A DNA stretch of 55,087 bases, the filler included, from Sphacelaria rigidula (lineage: Eukaryota): NCBI GenBank assembly GCA_964200075.2. It is 5 parts of 5 records of this genome, joined end to end, with 100 filler letters (N's around TTAATTAATTAA, not from the genome) between each part and the next. Parts side by side here need not be neighbours in the genome. Positions count along the whole stretch, not along the records: positions 22,083 to 33,021 come from CAXNAA020005652.1; positions 33,122 to 44,054 come from CAXNAA020005653.1; 3 more parts are not named here. The stretch is one strand, 5' to 3'. A program made the translations under genes and the position numbers. The notes under the pieces are model-generated. The model was given only the letters and a program-made list of their open reading frames with translations, made no database searches and was not told the origin of the DNA. Shown here piece by piece: positions 25,718 through 38,505 of the stretch (position 1 is its first letter; each line of letters begins with the position of its first letter).

Positions 25718-26527
25718 GTGCATATGTACCTTGCCGGCTAGGAATGAAAATCCAGGGTTAAGGTTGAGGCCAGAGCTGTCTAGCGACGAAATGGAACGTA
25801 ATGGGAGGCATCTTGCTGGAGTGATTCATGAGTGTGTGTCGTGCCGTTTCATATTTATCGGCGTTTCTTAATGTGAACGTGGACATCGGATGCCTTCACG
25901 ATGCCGACCAGAGGACTCTTTCATTTGAAAATGGGCTTTATGTTTTGAGCAAATTGGTAGTGCTGAGCGTGGCTGAGATTAGACTCGACCGTCGAGGAGC
26001 GAATGGTGCTTCAAGTGCGGTTGTTGACAACGGAAGGTTGGCTTTTGATCGCATCTCATTGTTCGATGGTGGCAAACGATATCCCTACGCGCCGCAATAC
26101 AGTGCTGTCGATGCTTCAATCTCGTGTTTACGGTCGTCGCCACGTGCTATCCTTGGACGTGCTGCTTTTTCGTTGTTCTCTGCGTGTGTTTCACGCTTTG
26201 CACAGAAATAGTGGCCACAGCGACGCTCGTGTCCCACTCATTGACTCCATCGTTTGTTTGTTTGGGTGTACCGCCTGACCTCGAGAACTGACATCTCTCT
26301 CCACCAACCAGCTAGCGTCAATATACTGCCGGCAATTATGTGTTAGTCATGGTTACGGACGGCACTGACTTGACGTTTGTGAAATCCTGGGAATTCGATT
26401 ATATGATGGAGAGCACTAGGGGCGCATCAGTTGTCGTGCCAAATATATCTGACAAATAATATGCAGAAAGATGAACAAATGGATGTGTACTGCATGTTGT
26501 ACTGATCGGCTTCATGATCCGCCTCAG

Positions 26528-26637
26528 GTGGAGAACGTAGACTTCAGCCAGCCCGTCGTGGCGGAAATGTGCCGCGCCCACTCTCAAGTGCGCCCGAGGA
26601 TGACGTGGAAGGTCATGGACGTAACGGACATGTCAGG
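26528..26637 (+). CDS. METTL13: METTL13-like methyltransferase exon 3
   Basis: VENVDFSQPVVAEMCRAHSQVRPRMTWKVMDVTDMS(G). Acceptor CTCAG, donor GTAAGT, phase 0/2. Confidence 0.9.
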
Positions 26638-28479
26638 GTAAGTGTTTGGGTGATAGTGGGGTCAGGGTTGTGTTTGTTGTCCTTGTTCTGTCGGTTCATG
26701 GATTACGAGAAATGAAAACCGTCCGTGCAATTTGAAAACCTAACAGCGGCACTGATATGGACACCCCTTACGTTAGCCCAGCAGCATATGAACGTTAGCT
26801 TAGGTGGACATGCATCTGTCTCCACACGTTGCAAGTCTGCTCTTGGTATTCGAGTGTCACACGGTTCGGTGAGGGGATTCCAAGAAAATACTTCGGTGGA
26901 TACCACCGGAGGGGCTGTTTAGATATTCATGATCGGTGTGATGACCGATTCGCTAGTTGGTGAAATATCTAGATCGCTGCTGACGCAGTTGGCGTCGAAA
27001 CGATGAGCGTGGTCCACGGTTGCAAAACAAGGGCCAACAACCAGACACACGAAGGAAAAAAAACGTTCATCTTCATTCGACGTTTTTGTCACATTTACAC
27101 GAATCACTCGATAATTGTTTTGAGAGAAGATATGCGTCCGCCTTAGATCGCGTTGATATCCGGGCTGGGTAAATTATGGATGATGTCGATTACATCAGCA
27201 TATTTGGACACGTATAATCTGGTCGCTCTGCAGTCAGCATCCTACATTTGACTCTCTTTTCATCGCTTGTCGTGCTTTATTTCCAACCCCTTCTTTTTCA
27301 AGCCCCACGCCCTCGTCGGGACGTGTCCGTCGTCTCAGGGGGCCGACCCATCGTCCCCGGTACGGTACCTGCCTCGCAATTTCATTATCGAGTTTTCCAT
27401 CAGCACTCCCGCAGCCGGTCAACTTTTGTAGAAGCTTGCTTTTGTGAAGTCTTTTTTTCACGCTTCCCATGAAGGAGACTAGCACTGTAGAGCCACTACT
27501 GTCGGGATTCGAATTCACCACTACTACTACCCGCTCAAACGGGGGTGCGGCGGCTTGGTTGTGGTGGTGCAAATGCAAAAGTAAGCTTTCCCCCACAAGT
27601 TTCGGGGGTCTCTACGGCTCTACGCGTTTTTCTGGGGAGGGGGAGAAGTAAGATGCCCACTGCACAGGTACAAAAATACTTCACAGAGGGCGCAACGCTT
27701 GAACCGTGGGAAACTTCCCGTTGTTTGAGGAGATTCACAACAGCCATCCTTGGGTACCCTAAAATTGGGGCAAATGTAAGCACAGTATTTTCAAGCAACA
27801 GCGCTTAGAATTTTAGTAGGTATGAAATGGCCTGACAACAGAAAGGCCTTGCCTCACCGAGGCTTGGGTGTCCTCGACGTGTGGACAAGCTCACACTATT
27901 TTTAGATGAGAGCAATTTCGAGGTTTGTGTGTCCGAGAGGGACTTGAAAGCAGAGCCTCCCAGCATAACCTTGCGCATATAAATGATAACACCCCCCCCA
28001 CACACACACACACACACTGCTTGGATTTTTTTTTTGTACCGTATTTTCCTGTCGTACACCAGAGGAGGACCATCCCCACCAAATCCTCGCACCGCTATAT
28101 GATTGGCTGATGGTATCATGCCAGCGGTTCTTGTCTCCTAGAATGGCCAAACCTCCCTCCAGAGCTCGAAAAAATCAAGTGGTGCCGTTTTACATCGCTC
28201 GAACTTCTTGTGGGCAAACGGCTTCTCCTTGTAAACGTACATGATGGAGCACGTACTGTTTTCTTCCCTCCACACGTACACCAAATGATTCCGGGACCTA
28301 CCTTTGTCGAGGATATGAATTTTCGGGGCGGAAAGGCCGCTGCCCGAACTCTTCCTCCCCGATATTTTCGAATCACTAGACGCGGCCCTGTGATATCTTC
28401 TGCTCACCAATCGCCGCCTGATGGGGGATGTTTGTGTCGGGGTAAATCAACCTTAACCAGCAACCAAACGACACAACGC

Positions 28480-30610
28480 ACGCACGTGTAGGAGAGAGCG
28501 GCATGGCCTACAGGTTAGTCGCTGTAAATGTGTCGGCGGTGATGCAAACCCACAAACTGGCCAGTGGGCCATTTCGGCAGCATTCAAACTCTAGGCTCAA
28601 CCGTGCAGCTGCTGAGTTTTACCCTGTAACGGGACCCAGACTCAGCCCCGCAGCTGCAGAGTTGTACCCGAAGATGGGGCACCGTCACGGGAATCACGTT
28701 GATGGAGATGAGACATGTGTGGGTAAGTGCTGCCAACGCGGGCTGGGACGGATGCACTCTCCCCGAGAGACCCAAACGCAAGGCAACTACCGTGATCGAC
28801 GTGCCAAGGAGAATCAAAGCAGGAAAAACACCTCCCGCGTAAAGTAGAAGGAGGAACAGACCAGGCAGGAGGGGCGGAACAAGGAGTGAATCGTGTAGAT
28901 TTAGACGGGGCTAGGGCTCCGTCACGTATGGGGGAGATCGAAGTGGCGACCAACATGGTCCGTACATTGTGCGGATGATTAAGGCAAAGAACGGCGGGGC
29001 TGGCCGTGCTGAGGTAATTTTGCAACAGTCCAAGAGTGTCAAGTTGTGATTTTTGACGTTATCGGACTGCCGGAGACAAGGGAGACCGGGCATAACTGAG
29101 GCATCTGCCACGGGATGCCGTGCCTCCCGCTGCGGGGCTGGAGGGGGCAAGGGGAGGCCTGGAAAACATGGGGTTTGGTTGACGGTCAAGGGGTCGATCA
29201 TCAATCAATGAGGCTCGGTTGAATCGGGCGTTCACCAGCGAACGCCTCGTGTCGATCACTTTCAACCTGGCAGGCAGATCGAACGCTGTCACGTTTGAAG
29301 TTGTCTACGCCATTACAAACACGTCAAGGTCGAGAGAGATGAGAGGTATGTGTTGTGAACCAAGTCGGACAGCAGTGTGAACCGAATTCCCAACAATCAC
29401 CACCGGTTCGTTTTGATCGACCTTAACGCTAGGACAGGGGTAAGAATAGGACCAGAGGACTATTAAATAATGGGCGGCACACGGCGGGGACTCCCGAGCC
29501 AACAACACCAACGGCACCTCGTTGCTACAATTTGCGGGTAACAACAGGCTTGCTCTGGGGGAAGCAGCTACCTGAAGGTGTATGCGGAGGAACTGGACGA
29601 GTATATTAGACTTGGGAACATCAGACGATGGTACAGACATCTGAAAAGAGGATTGAGTCTGGCGGGACAAAAACGTCTAAAATGAGCAGTATGTTGAGGA
29701 TAAAGACGGGAACCTACCGCAGGACGAAGGTACAGTCTGGGAGAGATGGGAACGACACTTCTCCACCTTGCTGAATGCCATGTCGGTTACTGTCGATCGA
29801 GCTGTCGTAGAGACCGTTGCGCAACGACCGACGGCGTTGTCACCTGGTGAAACTGAGGAGGTCCTGAGAGCTGCGACTTATGGCAAAGAGATGGGCCCGA
29901 ATGGGCTACCTGTTGAATGCCTCAAGCTCAGGGTGGTCGGGGAGCCTTCGGAGATCTGTACTACCTCGACGGCATCATCGCCACTGTTCGGACGTCTCGC
30001 GAGGTGTTGCAGGAATGGAAAGGCACGACTATCGAAGTGATGCAAGCGAAGGATAGGACCTAGTGTGTGAACTACGAGGGTATCTCCCTCGTGGCATATG
30101 CTGGTAAAAGTTCTCGAAGGGTGTGTGTCGGGTAGGTTATTACACCCGATTTATTGGTGTTTCGAATAGTTGCACATGACCTGCTTAAGTTAGTCACAGT
30201 GGCTCGTGTGGGCTTTTACATAGGGGACCAACAGCACTGGGCTGGCTGCTGCTGTGGGCGTAGGTCGGATCTCCTCTTTTCAAAATACCGAAATGTCGGG
30301 TATACTCAACCCGACACGCTCTTGAACTTCTTCTGAACATCGTAACCAACCGGCCCGGTATTTTCTGCAAAGAGGCGGGGGATATACCCGGAGAAACAGC
30401 GCGGGTTCCGACACCAAGGATCGATCACCAATATGATATTTCGTGGTAGGCCGACTACAGAGTTTGTGACGGGCGAGCAGTGATCCACTATACGTGTACT
30501 TCATCGACCTGCAGAAGGCCTATGACTCCGTAGACCACGCGCTCCTGTGTGAAGTGTTTCTCCCGTCTGGAGTCCCGCCGCGGATGATCACGGCCATTGT
30601 TGGATTTTAC
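28480..30610 (+). mobile_element. Degenerate RTE-like LINE (APE endonuclease plus RT N-terminal part) in METTL13 intron 3
   Basis: Endonuclease remnants EVATNMVRTL, VIGLPETR and ERLVSITFNL...TFEVVYA. RT remnants KEMGPNGLPVECLK, NYEGISLVAYAGK, EKQRGFR and YVYFIDLQKAYDSVDH. Many stops and frameshifts. Confidence 0.85.
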
Positions 30611-31538
30611 TTGGCTTGTGACCCTGTGGTGTTCCCTGGTTGTGTCCCATACATGTTCTATCTTGTAGGATGGTCCCTCGGGGATCACTTGACGTGTGAC
30701 AAACCAATCAGACTTGGTAAATTGTTGTCGAGCCCCCAATTTGTTGCTAGGCTGTTTTTGCCATGGCGTCGTATATGTTCGGCCAGAAGATAGCGTACCC
30801 CACCCCTCTAAGCTCCAGGCCGTCCCCTGTGACATGAGTGATGGTGCCATGTAAACAGCTTGGGTCTGAAAAAAGAAACTCTGCGGTTCGTGCGACGACG
30901 TGCTTCTATACTTCACGTACGCTTTCTGTACGTAAATATCTTCAACACACTGTCGAATGATGTATGCTACACATAGATATCGATGTGGATGTAGATGTAT
31001 ACATATGATGCTTCCGGGTTGTGCGTGTGTGCCCGACAATGACTTCTACAGCTCCGATTCACGATTGCCTCGGATTATTTTCTTCTTCTTTTTCGCATGG
31101 AAGCTGAAAAAGAGGGAACAATCAAATGATCCCGGGAACTGTTGTCAACCAGGAGGGACCACGCTCTCATCGCTGCTGATGTTGCACGGAACGAGATCAC
31201 ACACAACCTGCGTCTGTACGTTGTCAGCATTGAACGTATTCACTCATCGGACAGCTCATGAACTACCTAAAATATCTAATCAAGATAGGACCCTCAGATC
31301 CCTTGTCTAAAATGATAAACACGTTTGACAACAGGGTCCGAGAAGTCCAATCGCTACCCGTGAGCTACTCCGCGTGCTCGGCCTCCATTGCTGCAGAGAG
31401 AAAATATGGAAATGGGGGCTAAATGAGCTTTCATAGCTCGTGATCCGCATTAGTACACTACTAAGAAGTAATATTGAGGTAGTTCATGAGCTGTCCGAAG
31501 TGTGAAAACGCTGCCTCCCCCCCCCCCCCCCCCCCCCC

Positions 31539-31574
<36 letters not shown>

Positions 31575-31678
31575 CTCTCGCCCCCCCCCCCCCCCCCCGC
31601 CCCCGCCNNNNNNNNNNCCCTTAAAAAAACAACAAAAAAAAAAAATTGAGGGGGTTTATGGGTGGCCGGAGGGGGGAA

Positions 31679-31709
<31 letters not shown>

Positions 31710-31775
31710 GCCCCCTCTCCACCCCTCCGATTATTCGTTTCGTGTTGGGGGCGCGGGGTTATTACCGGCCCGCAG

Positions 31776-31913
31776 GTATGACGACGGCTCGTTCGATGTT
31801 GTCGTGGACAAGGGGACGTTGGATGCCCTCATGTCGGAAAATACGCCGGAGGTTTGCCAGAGCGGGATCGCCATGTTGGCGGAGGTGCAGAGGGTCCTGC
31901 GCCATGGTGGGAG
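31776..31913 (+). CDS. METTL13: METTL13-like methyltransferase exon 4 (gene continues beyond the block)
   Basis: (G)YDDGSFDVVVDKGTLDALMSE...MLAEVQRVLRHGG(R). Acceptor CGCAG at 31775, donor GTGAGA at 31914. Confidence 0.92.
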
Positions 31914-33021
31914 GTGAGATCGTAGACAGTTGTATACCGGTGAAAATCTCAAGAGCATCTAGGTTTTTAACCTCTTTCCGTACGATGCACGCACTCGACG
32001 TGTTCTCGTCAGGAGGTTTCAGAATGACTACTAAAGTTTCCAGGAAAAGGTGTGTCTTTTGATTTTTCGTACATCTTCGGGGTTTTCTAACAAGTCTATT
32101 TTACTCGCCGAAAAAATCGGATATTCCGGGGGGAGGGGGATCTCTGGAGCATGTGAGAGAGCAATTCTTGAACCGTAGACGACATAAATTTTACTTGAAA
32201 AAAGGAAGAAGTATGGATGACCCAGGTGTACTACTCTTGCGTTCTAAGAGTCAATCAGGTCAGGCAATAGACCGATTGAAGACTGACGACGTAGCGTCGG
32301 AATTTGTCTTCAGCAATAAAAAACCCCGGAAAAACTCGGAAAGAAAATCCAACTTTTTGGAGAGGGTGGTACATATATCTGGTGAAAATACCCTAGTAGT
32401 AAGACCCCCTACACAGTGATACGCGAGTTTTTTTCGCCGCTATTTCAGGTGAAATTGATGGGTTATTTGACGGATCATTGTGGGGTCATGTGCCGTCATC
32501 GGCCTAATTACGCTCCTTGGCCACTTGATGGTGGCGAGTTGGGCAAGCAACAAGCTTCAGCTATCGCTATGCGACATGCATACATCTACACTGGTACTCT
32601 GCTGTACCTTTTTCAGCCTTCCAAGGTGCTCTGCCTCTTCATGTTGGTCCCTGCACAGTGCGGTTTTACTCCATGTTCAGGTTTGTTCAGGTTTGACGTG
32701 AGGTTTATGTACCTCGAAAAGTTCTGATGAAGTAATATGATGAGGATTGGTTGTTCATACGTCCTACCTCCACACAAGTGGTAGTGAAGTACAATGCATC
32801 CATTGTGTGTCGAAGAACTAGGCGTGGGGACTGTCAGTAACCCCCCCCCCCTGTGAATGGTGAGACACCCATGAGGCAGTGTATAAGCCGTTGCCGTCTC
32901 TGAAAGTGGCGATACTAGATAATAAAGCAACTCATTGGAGGCTGTCATCGGCTTCGGGCCGAACAATCTTAGCAGGGTGCAGCTCACCCTTCATGCGACT
33001 CGCCCAACACACCTCGGCGCT

Positions 33022-33121
33022 NNNNNNNNNNNNNNNNNNNNNNNNNNNNNNNNNNNNNNNNNNNNTTAATTAATTAANNNNNNNNNNNNNNNNNNNNNNN
33101 NNNNNNNNNNNNNNNNNNNNN
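33022..33121. other. Artificial contig linker
   Basis: N44-TTAATTAATTAA-N44. Confidence 0.97.
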
Positions 33122-33954
33122 ACGTACGTCCACTGCCCCCCCCCGCACAATACAGCAAGCGATCCAGACGCCGGGCGAGCTGAAGGATTCCAGCGTCGAT
33201 CAAGGTCAGGATGTGGGTGAAGACAGGACGGAAAGCTCGGCAGTGGACACTTCGCCCAGCGGTTCCTCAAGCGCGCTGTCCTCCCCGCCGAGTTCTGTTG
33301 GTGGGAGGGGCGGAGCAGCACCGCAGATCCTCGTCAGTAGTAGAGGGGGCGAAGTGCCTTCACCGTCCCCGCGAGGGGGGGGAAGGCGGGGTGATACAGA
33401 GATACGCGTTCCAGATTTTGTCAACGGAGAGAGTGAGGTGGAGCCGGAATCATCATCATCATCATCATCATCAACGCCAACATCAGTGCAGACGCCGCAC
33501 CTACGCCGACGCCGACACCTACGCTGACGCTGACATCAGCGCAGACGCCGACACCCACGTCGACGCCGACACCTACGCACACGCTCACATCGGCATCGGA
33601 CACTGCCTCGTCGCCCGCACTGACACCCCTCTTCCACGGATCCCTCGCAAGATGGCGGGGGGGGCGGCGACGCTCCTCAACTCCCGAGGACCGAGCAACG
33701 CCGTCTTGCGTGGGCTGACAGGGTACCAACACCAAGGGTGGGGTGTACGAGGAGCCAAACGCGCGAGGCAATGGGGTCGGTGCACGCACGAGACGAAACG
33801 CTGGTGACTGGCGGAGCGGAGGAAAGCAAGAAGGAAGCGGAGATGGCGCTAGCGGGAATGGCGGAGGACAAATGCTCAACCATGGAGCTGATCACCGCTG
33901 CAGCAGGACAGGTGGTGCGCAAGACGCAATCGTTTCGACTCAGCACGAGTTAGC

Positions 33955-35618
33955 TGAAAACGAATTATTTTGTTATGTCGCTGAGGAAAACAGGGTAGGG
34001 CGGCCTGAATTCGGTTTGCGTTCACCAGTCGGCCTACACGTAAGCGAAATAGAAGCAGCACTAACCAGTATGGATGACATTACCAAGTCAGAAGTTCGAG
34101 AGGCATGGCTTGGCGCGATGCAGGCCGAGCTAGGAGGTCACGAAAAGGCGCGAACATTTTCGACTCGACCTGTGCCGGAAGCAGAAAACGTGATTTCAGC
34201 AAAGTGGGTTTTTAGTTGGAAGACTGACGCAGACGGTACTGTAACGAAGGCAAAGGCAAGGGTGGTAGCGCGAGGATTTGGACAACGTTTTGCAGTCGAT
34301 TATTTCGAGACTTTGGCGGCAACGCCCTCCATGACCTCTATCAAACTGGTCATGGCAGTGGCAATTCAGGAAGAGTGGCCGCTATACCATTTTGATGTGA
34401 CACAAGCTTTTGTTCAAGCGGAAATGGACACCGATGTGTACATGAGATTGCCTGAAGGATGCTCCGTTCTGACAGACGTGACCGTGAAGCTTGAAAAATC
34501 TATTCACGGGATCAAGCAAGCGGGCAGGCAGGCAGTGGTCTGGTCTTCTGTGTAAAACTTTTCTGGAGGATGTCGGGATGGTACAGTGCGAAGCTGATCG
34601 ATGTGTTTTTAAGATGGAGGATGCCGGAAAAGTACGTGTGATTTTAGTTGTCCACGTGGACGACATCCTCATCAGTGGTACTGAGGAATATGTAGGAAAG
34701 GTGGGCCAAATCCTCGACCAAACGTTCCCTATGAACACTCTAGGAGAAGTAACCTGGTACATGGGGTGCGCGGTGGATAAAGACTGGGATAGAGGCATGC
34801 TGTCTGTGACGCAAACCACGTTCACGGACACGCTCCTGCAGCGTTTTGAGGTGAGGGGGTACTCGGAAATCCCTGCCTCTGTTTCTGTAAAGTTGGGGCC
34901 GACAACGGGCGAAGACAAGAAGGTGAATCGCCCATACCGTAACGCAGTGGAGGGGTTGATGTGGCTGGCAACAGTCACTAGACTCGACATCGCGAATTCA
35001 GTACGAGCGCTTGCTCGGCAGTCGCATGGCCCACGCGAGAGGCACTGGGAAGCTGTTGTGAAGGTGTTGAAGTACCTCAATGAGACGGAGGGTTTTGGAC
35101 TTACGTTCGAGAGAGGTCACGATAGGCTTTCAGTTTTCTGTGATGCAGATTACGCGAAGAAGGAAACGGATAGGCGCTCGGTATCAGGGGTAGCCGTGAT
35201 GTACGGTGGTGTGGTTGTGTCGGCAACGAGCCGCACGCAGCACTGCGTAACTCTGTCGACTACGGAAGCAGAGTATGATGCGATGGCCGAGGGGGCAAAG
35301 GAGGGATTGTTTGTGAAGGCAGTGTTGACGTTCCTGCGACCGCAGACTGTATCGGGAAACAGGGAAAAGCAAGGTATTGTTTTGTACGAGGATAACGAGG
35401 GAGCAAAAGCTCTGGCCGAGAATCCTCTCAGCTCCGAAAGGAGTAAGCACATAGACGTGAGATATCACTTCATTCGAGAGCTGGTGGGGACGGGAAAGAT
35501 CAGGGTTGTACATGTAGGCTCAGGATGGCAGCATGCAAATATTTTGACGAAGCCTCTTTCGATCAGCCTGTTCACGAGGCACAGACGTTTTCCGATGAAC
35601 TTGGAAGGTGACAAGTAG
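33955..35618 (+). pseudogene. copia pol RT-RNase H, frameshifted
   Basis: ORFs 33743-34555 and 34491-35618 are split by an extra GGCA unit in (GGCA)3 at 34523-34534. The RNase H motif ADILTK reads ANILTK. Confidence 0.88.
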
Positions 35619-35915
35619 GTACGATTTTTTTGTGTGTACCATTGTGCTCGTGCCGGGTATTTTGAGATGTTCGAGTGATGCATTTATGCGTATTTTGGGT
35701 TAAGCCACCCACGCTACTTTGAGGGGCATGGGTTTTGTAGGGCGTTTCCCGACATGTCGTGTATCTGCCTTGACCGGCGCCCATGGATTGTCTAGATGGA
35801 GCACAAGCTGTTGAGGGGAGGGGGTTTTCACCCGGATGGCCGGGTTTCCCCCTTGAAACTTTTTATTTTTTGGAGAGGAAAAGCCACGACGACTGATGTA
35901 CCGGTTCAGAGGGGG

Positions 35916-36065
35916 TGTTTATGTGAACAGGTACACTGAGTGAACATGCACACGTGCGGATATAATGATGCGGACGTGCGGGTACTGGTAGTCGAGTGTG
36001 TGTGACCACAGTATCCCGCTCATGGCAGCTACTGAGCTGCCATGAGCGCTCACTCTCTCTCAACA
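35916..36065 (+). repeat. Putative short 3' LTR of the copia element
   Basis: Purine tract AGAGGGGG directly followed by TGTT (35916); ends ...CTCAACA (36065). An alternative start is TGTTGAG at 35809. The 5' LTR is not available for confirmation. Confidence 0.5.
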
Positions 36066-36344
36066 TCTGATCCCTCAGTCATAGGGTCAACTCAGTCTAG
36101 GCACTCTCTAATGATACAAAACATAGAACTATCTATCATTCGCCACGGGCCACGGAATGAATCTACCCCTCCTTCCCACGGCTAGAGGTGTTTCACAGCT
36201 CGTCGTCTACCTCCTCTACCTCGCACCCCCCCACCGGTGCCGTGTGTGCTCTGGATGCGATGCTGGTACGAACAGCAGGAAGGTTTCCCTTAGACTTACA
36301 CACAGGTAGTACAGTGCCTATCAGTGTCTCCGCTAGGGGTTTGT

Positions 36345-36770
36345 TCCGTATCGCACATGGTGGAGTTATCGCACAGGGATGAGGTTCAAAAGGTGCGCCA
36401 CCAGTACAGCGGCGGGGTGTGTGGTTTGCTCCGTATCGCACATGTCGGAGTTACCGCACAGAGGGTGTGCGTTCACACCACAACATGACAGGGTGTTTGA
36501 TTTTGTCAGAATCGCACATGTCGGAGTCACCGCACAGGGGTGTGCGTTCACAATACAGCATGACAGGGTGTTTGATTTGTTCAGAATGGTGGATATCGGG
36601 ATTATCGCACAGGGGTGTGCGTCAGAATAGGAAATCAAATCGTTTAATTCATTTTCCGCACAGGGGTCGGAGTCATCGCACATGTCAGAGCCATCGCACC
36701 CCTGTGCGATAAAAATCAAAGTTAGGAATCATTTAAACATCGATTGCAGAGGGGTGCGATGACTCGCACA
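36345..36770. repeat. Imperfect tandem array, 75-85 bp units, with an inverted terminal copy
   Basis: Core ATCGCACATGTCGGAGT(T/C)ACCGCACAGGGGTGTGCG recurs near 36350, 36435, 36511 and 36586. Confidence 0.8.
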
Positions 36771-38100
36771 ATTACGGTATATCCGTAAGATCTACAGCTC
36801 ACCAGGGAGTTTCGTTTTCACTACTTGGTGCCGCGCACACATCCGACTGGGTCAGCATCGAAGCAAGTCGAGAGCCGTACGCAGGCGTTCTCGTATGCTA
36901 AACACCGACTGCCTTTGGGGCCGTGGAGAAGCTATTCGAAGTGCAGAGGGCGGCTGTTAACATTAAAATGCAGTGGCAGTAGTAGAGTTTGAAGGGAAAG
37001 TAATGCGCGTGAAGAACTCTAGGTGTGAGGGCATGATGTACAATATATACTACTGTAGTACGTGACGCAGGCTCTTCCAAGACGGTCTTCGAGCAATTGA
37101 TCGTCCAGTCATTCATTACCGCGGACGCCGCTATCGACTCAACTACACAGCAACTAACATATGATAATGATAGCAAGACGCGTTATGGTACAAATTAAAG
37201 CGGGATTCAGTACTTCTACACACGATGCAGAATGGCAGCACAAATCGACGGTCCAGCAGCACACCGGCGCTACACTTCCGGGGCGATTTTTTCACTTCGT
37301 TCAGATACAGCCTTGACAACTCTCCAGAACATCACACCACTTGCATGATGGAAATTCACCAGCAGCTGGGAGAGATACACCCGATTTATTCTGCAAAGAT
37401 TTGGCGTGGTCGTCAGTTCTCACTGGAATCCTGCGTCAAGTCTTTCGTGTTGAAGCGTCCGTACCCAGGACAAGCAGCGCGCAGAGCGCAGCGCGCCTCG
37501 TCAAAAGCCTAATATCGCGAAACGCAACCTATTGCCCCGCATTTTTTCATGTCATCGACCTCGAAAGTCACAAGCACACGATGAATCGGAGCACCCCAAG
37601 CAAAGCAGAAGCTATGATATCTGTGCTCTAGATAACTACACTACTTGAACTTCTACTTGGCGTTTGGATTGGGGATCTGTTTCTGGTAAAACGTGGCGGA
37701 AGTGTTGACGCTGTACTGCGAGTTATTGCTGGTCGTGTACCCCGTGTAATTAAAAAAGAGTATACAAAACAAAACAAGGAGAACAGAAGGCAATTAGTCG
37801 CCCGACCTGCCACTTCCGTATCTGTGGCCTACACCACGGCGTTGGCCTGATCCGCTAGGTATGTCGAGTGATAGTGAGCACTGCCGAGGAGGAGAACGAA
37901 AAGGAGAGGAGAAAGGAGATGGCGAGGGTTTCGAACTACTCGACAAGGTTCAGGTGACAACGAAATACCAGGGGTGGGGGGATGGAGGTGAACGGTGGAC
38001 TGAGAATGAAGTACGGTTGTGCAATCCGAGCTGGTGTAGCCTAAAAACGGGCTAACCTCCCACAGAAAGGGGTAATTCCAGGCGAGTTAAACGACTTTCG

Positions 38101-38505
38101 CGCGGAGCGCGATTATGGCCGAGCATTTGAAAATCGGAACTCGGGGAAAATTGAGGACCCGTTCAAAATCAAGGGTAGAACTAACACATTGATGGGATGG
38201 CCTGTTTTACCGTGCTGCAGCACAAACGCACTCGCCCCCTCTCTCATGCGCTGGAGCTGTCACTGTGCTGTGGTGTGTTAGGACCTTTGCGAAGGCACTT
38301 TGGTCTCCGTGGAACTACCTGAGTTGCTTCGTTGTCATTGTGTTCGTCGCCATATAAATAAGGCTTGCCTCCCACAGATAGGAGTAACTCAACATGATGA
38401 ATTAAAAAGATATTCGCGCGAAGCATGATTATGACCGAGCGTATAAAAATCGGCACTCGACAACGATTGAGGACCCGTTAAAAATCAGGGAAGAACTACC
38501 ACGTG
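38101..38505 (+). repeat. ~316-bp tandem repeat; second unit interrupted and resuming at 41468
   Basis: 38101-38183 is similar to 38417-38498, and 38200-38360 is similar to 41468-41630. Confidence 0.75.

Larger units (their letters stand above)
33122..36065 (+). mobile_element. Ty1/copia LTR retrotransposon, 3' half (low-complexity linker, RT, RNase H, PPT, putative 3' LTR)
   Basis: KWVFSWKT...KAKARVVARGF, FDVTQAFVQ, LEKSIHGIKQAGRQ, VHVDDILI, CDADYA, TEAEY, YEDN, KHIDVRYHFIRE. The 5' part is cut by the block start. Confidence 0.95.

Noticed and set aside
31486..31775. Poly-proline (formin/extensin-like) N-terminus on the methyltransferase ORF
   Set aside because: Poly-C low-quality sequence around a 10-N gap in an intron. 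The real exon starts at the acceptor at 31775.
5044..31913. ROCO + phosphatase + methyltransferase as a functional gene cluster
   Set aside because: The three genes are on different contigs joined artificially.
33211..33879. His-rich and ADAD-repeat ORFs
   Set aside because: Alternative frames of the Ser/Pro/Thr-rich linker upstream of the copia RT.
36345..36625. CRISPR-like repeat-spacer pattern
   Set aside because: The intervening segments of units 2 and 3 are nearly identical, the repeats are degenerate, the context is eukaryotic and there are no cas genes.
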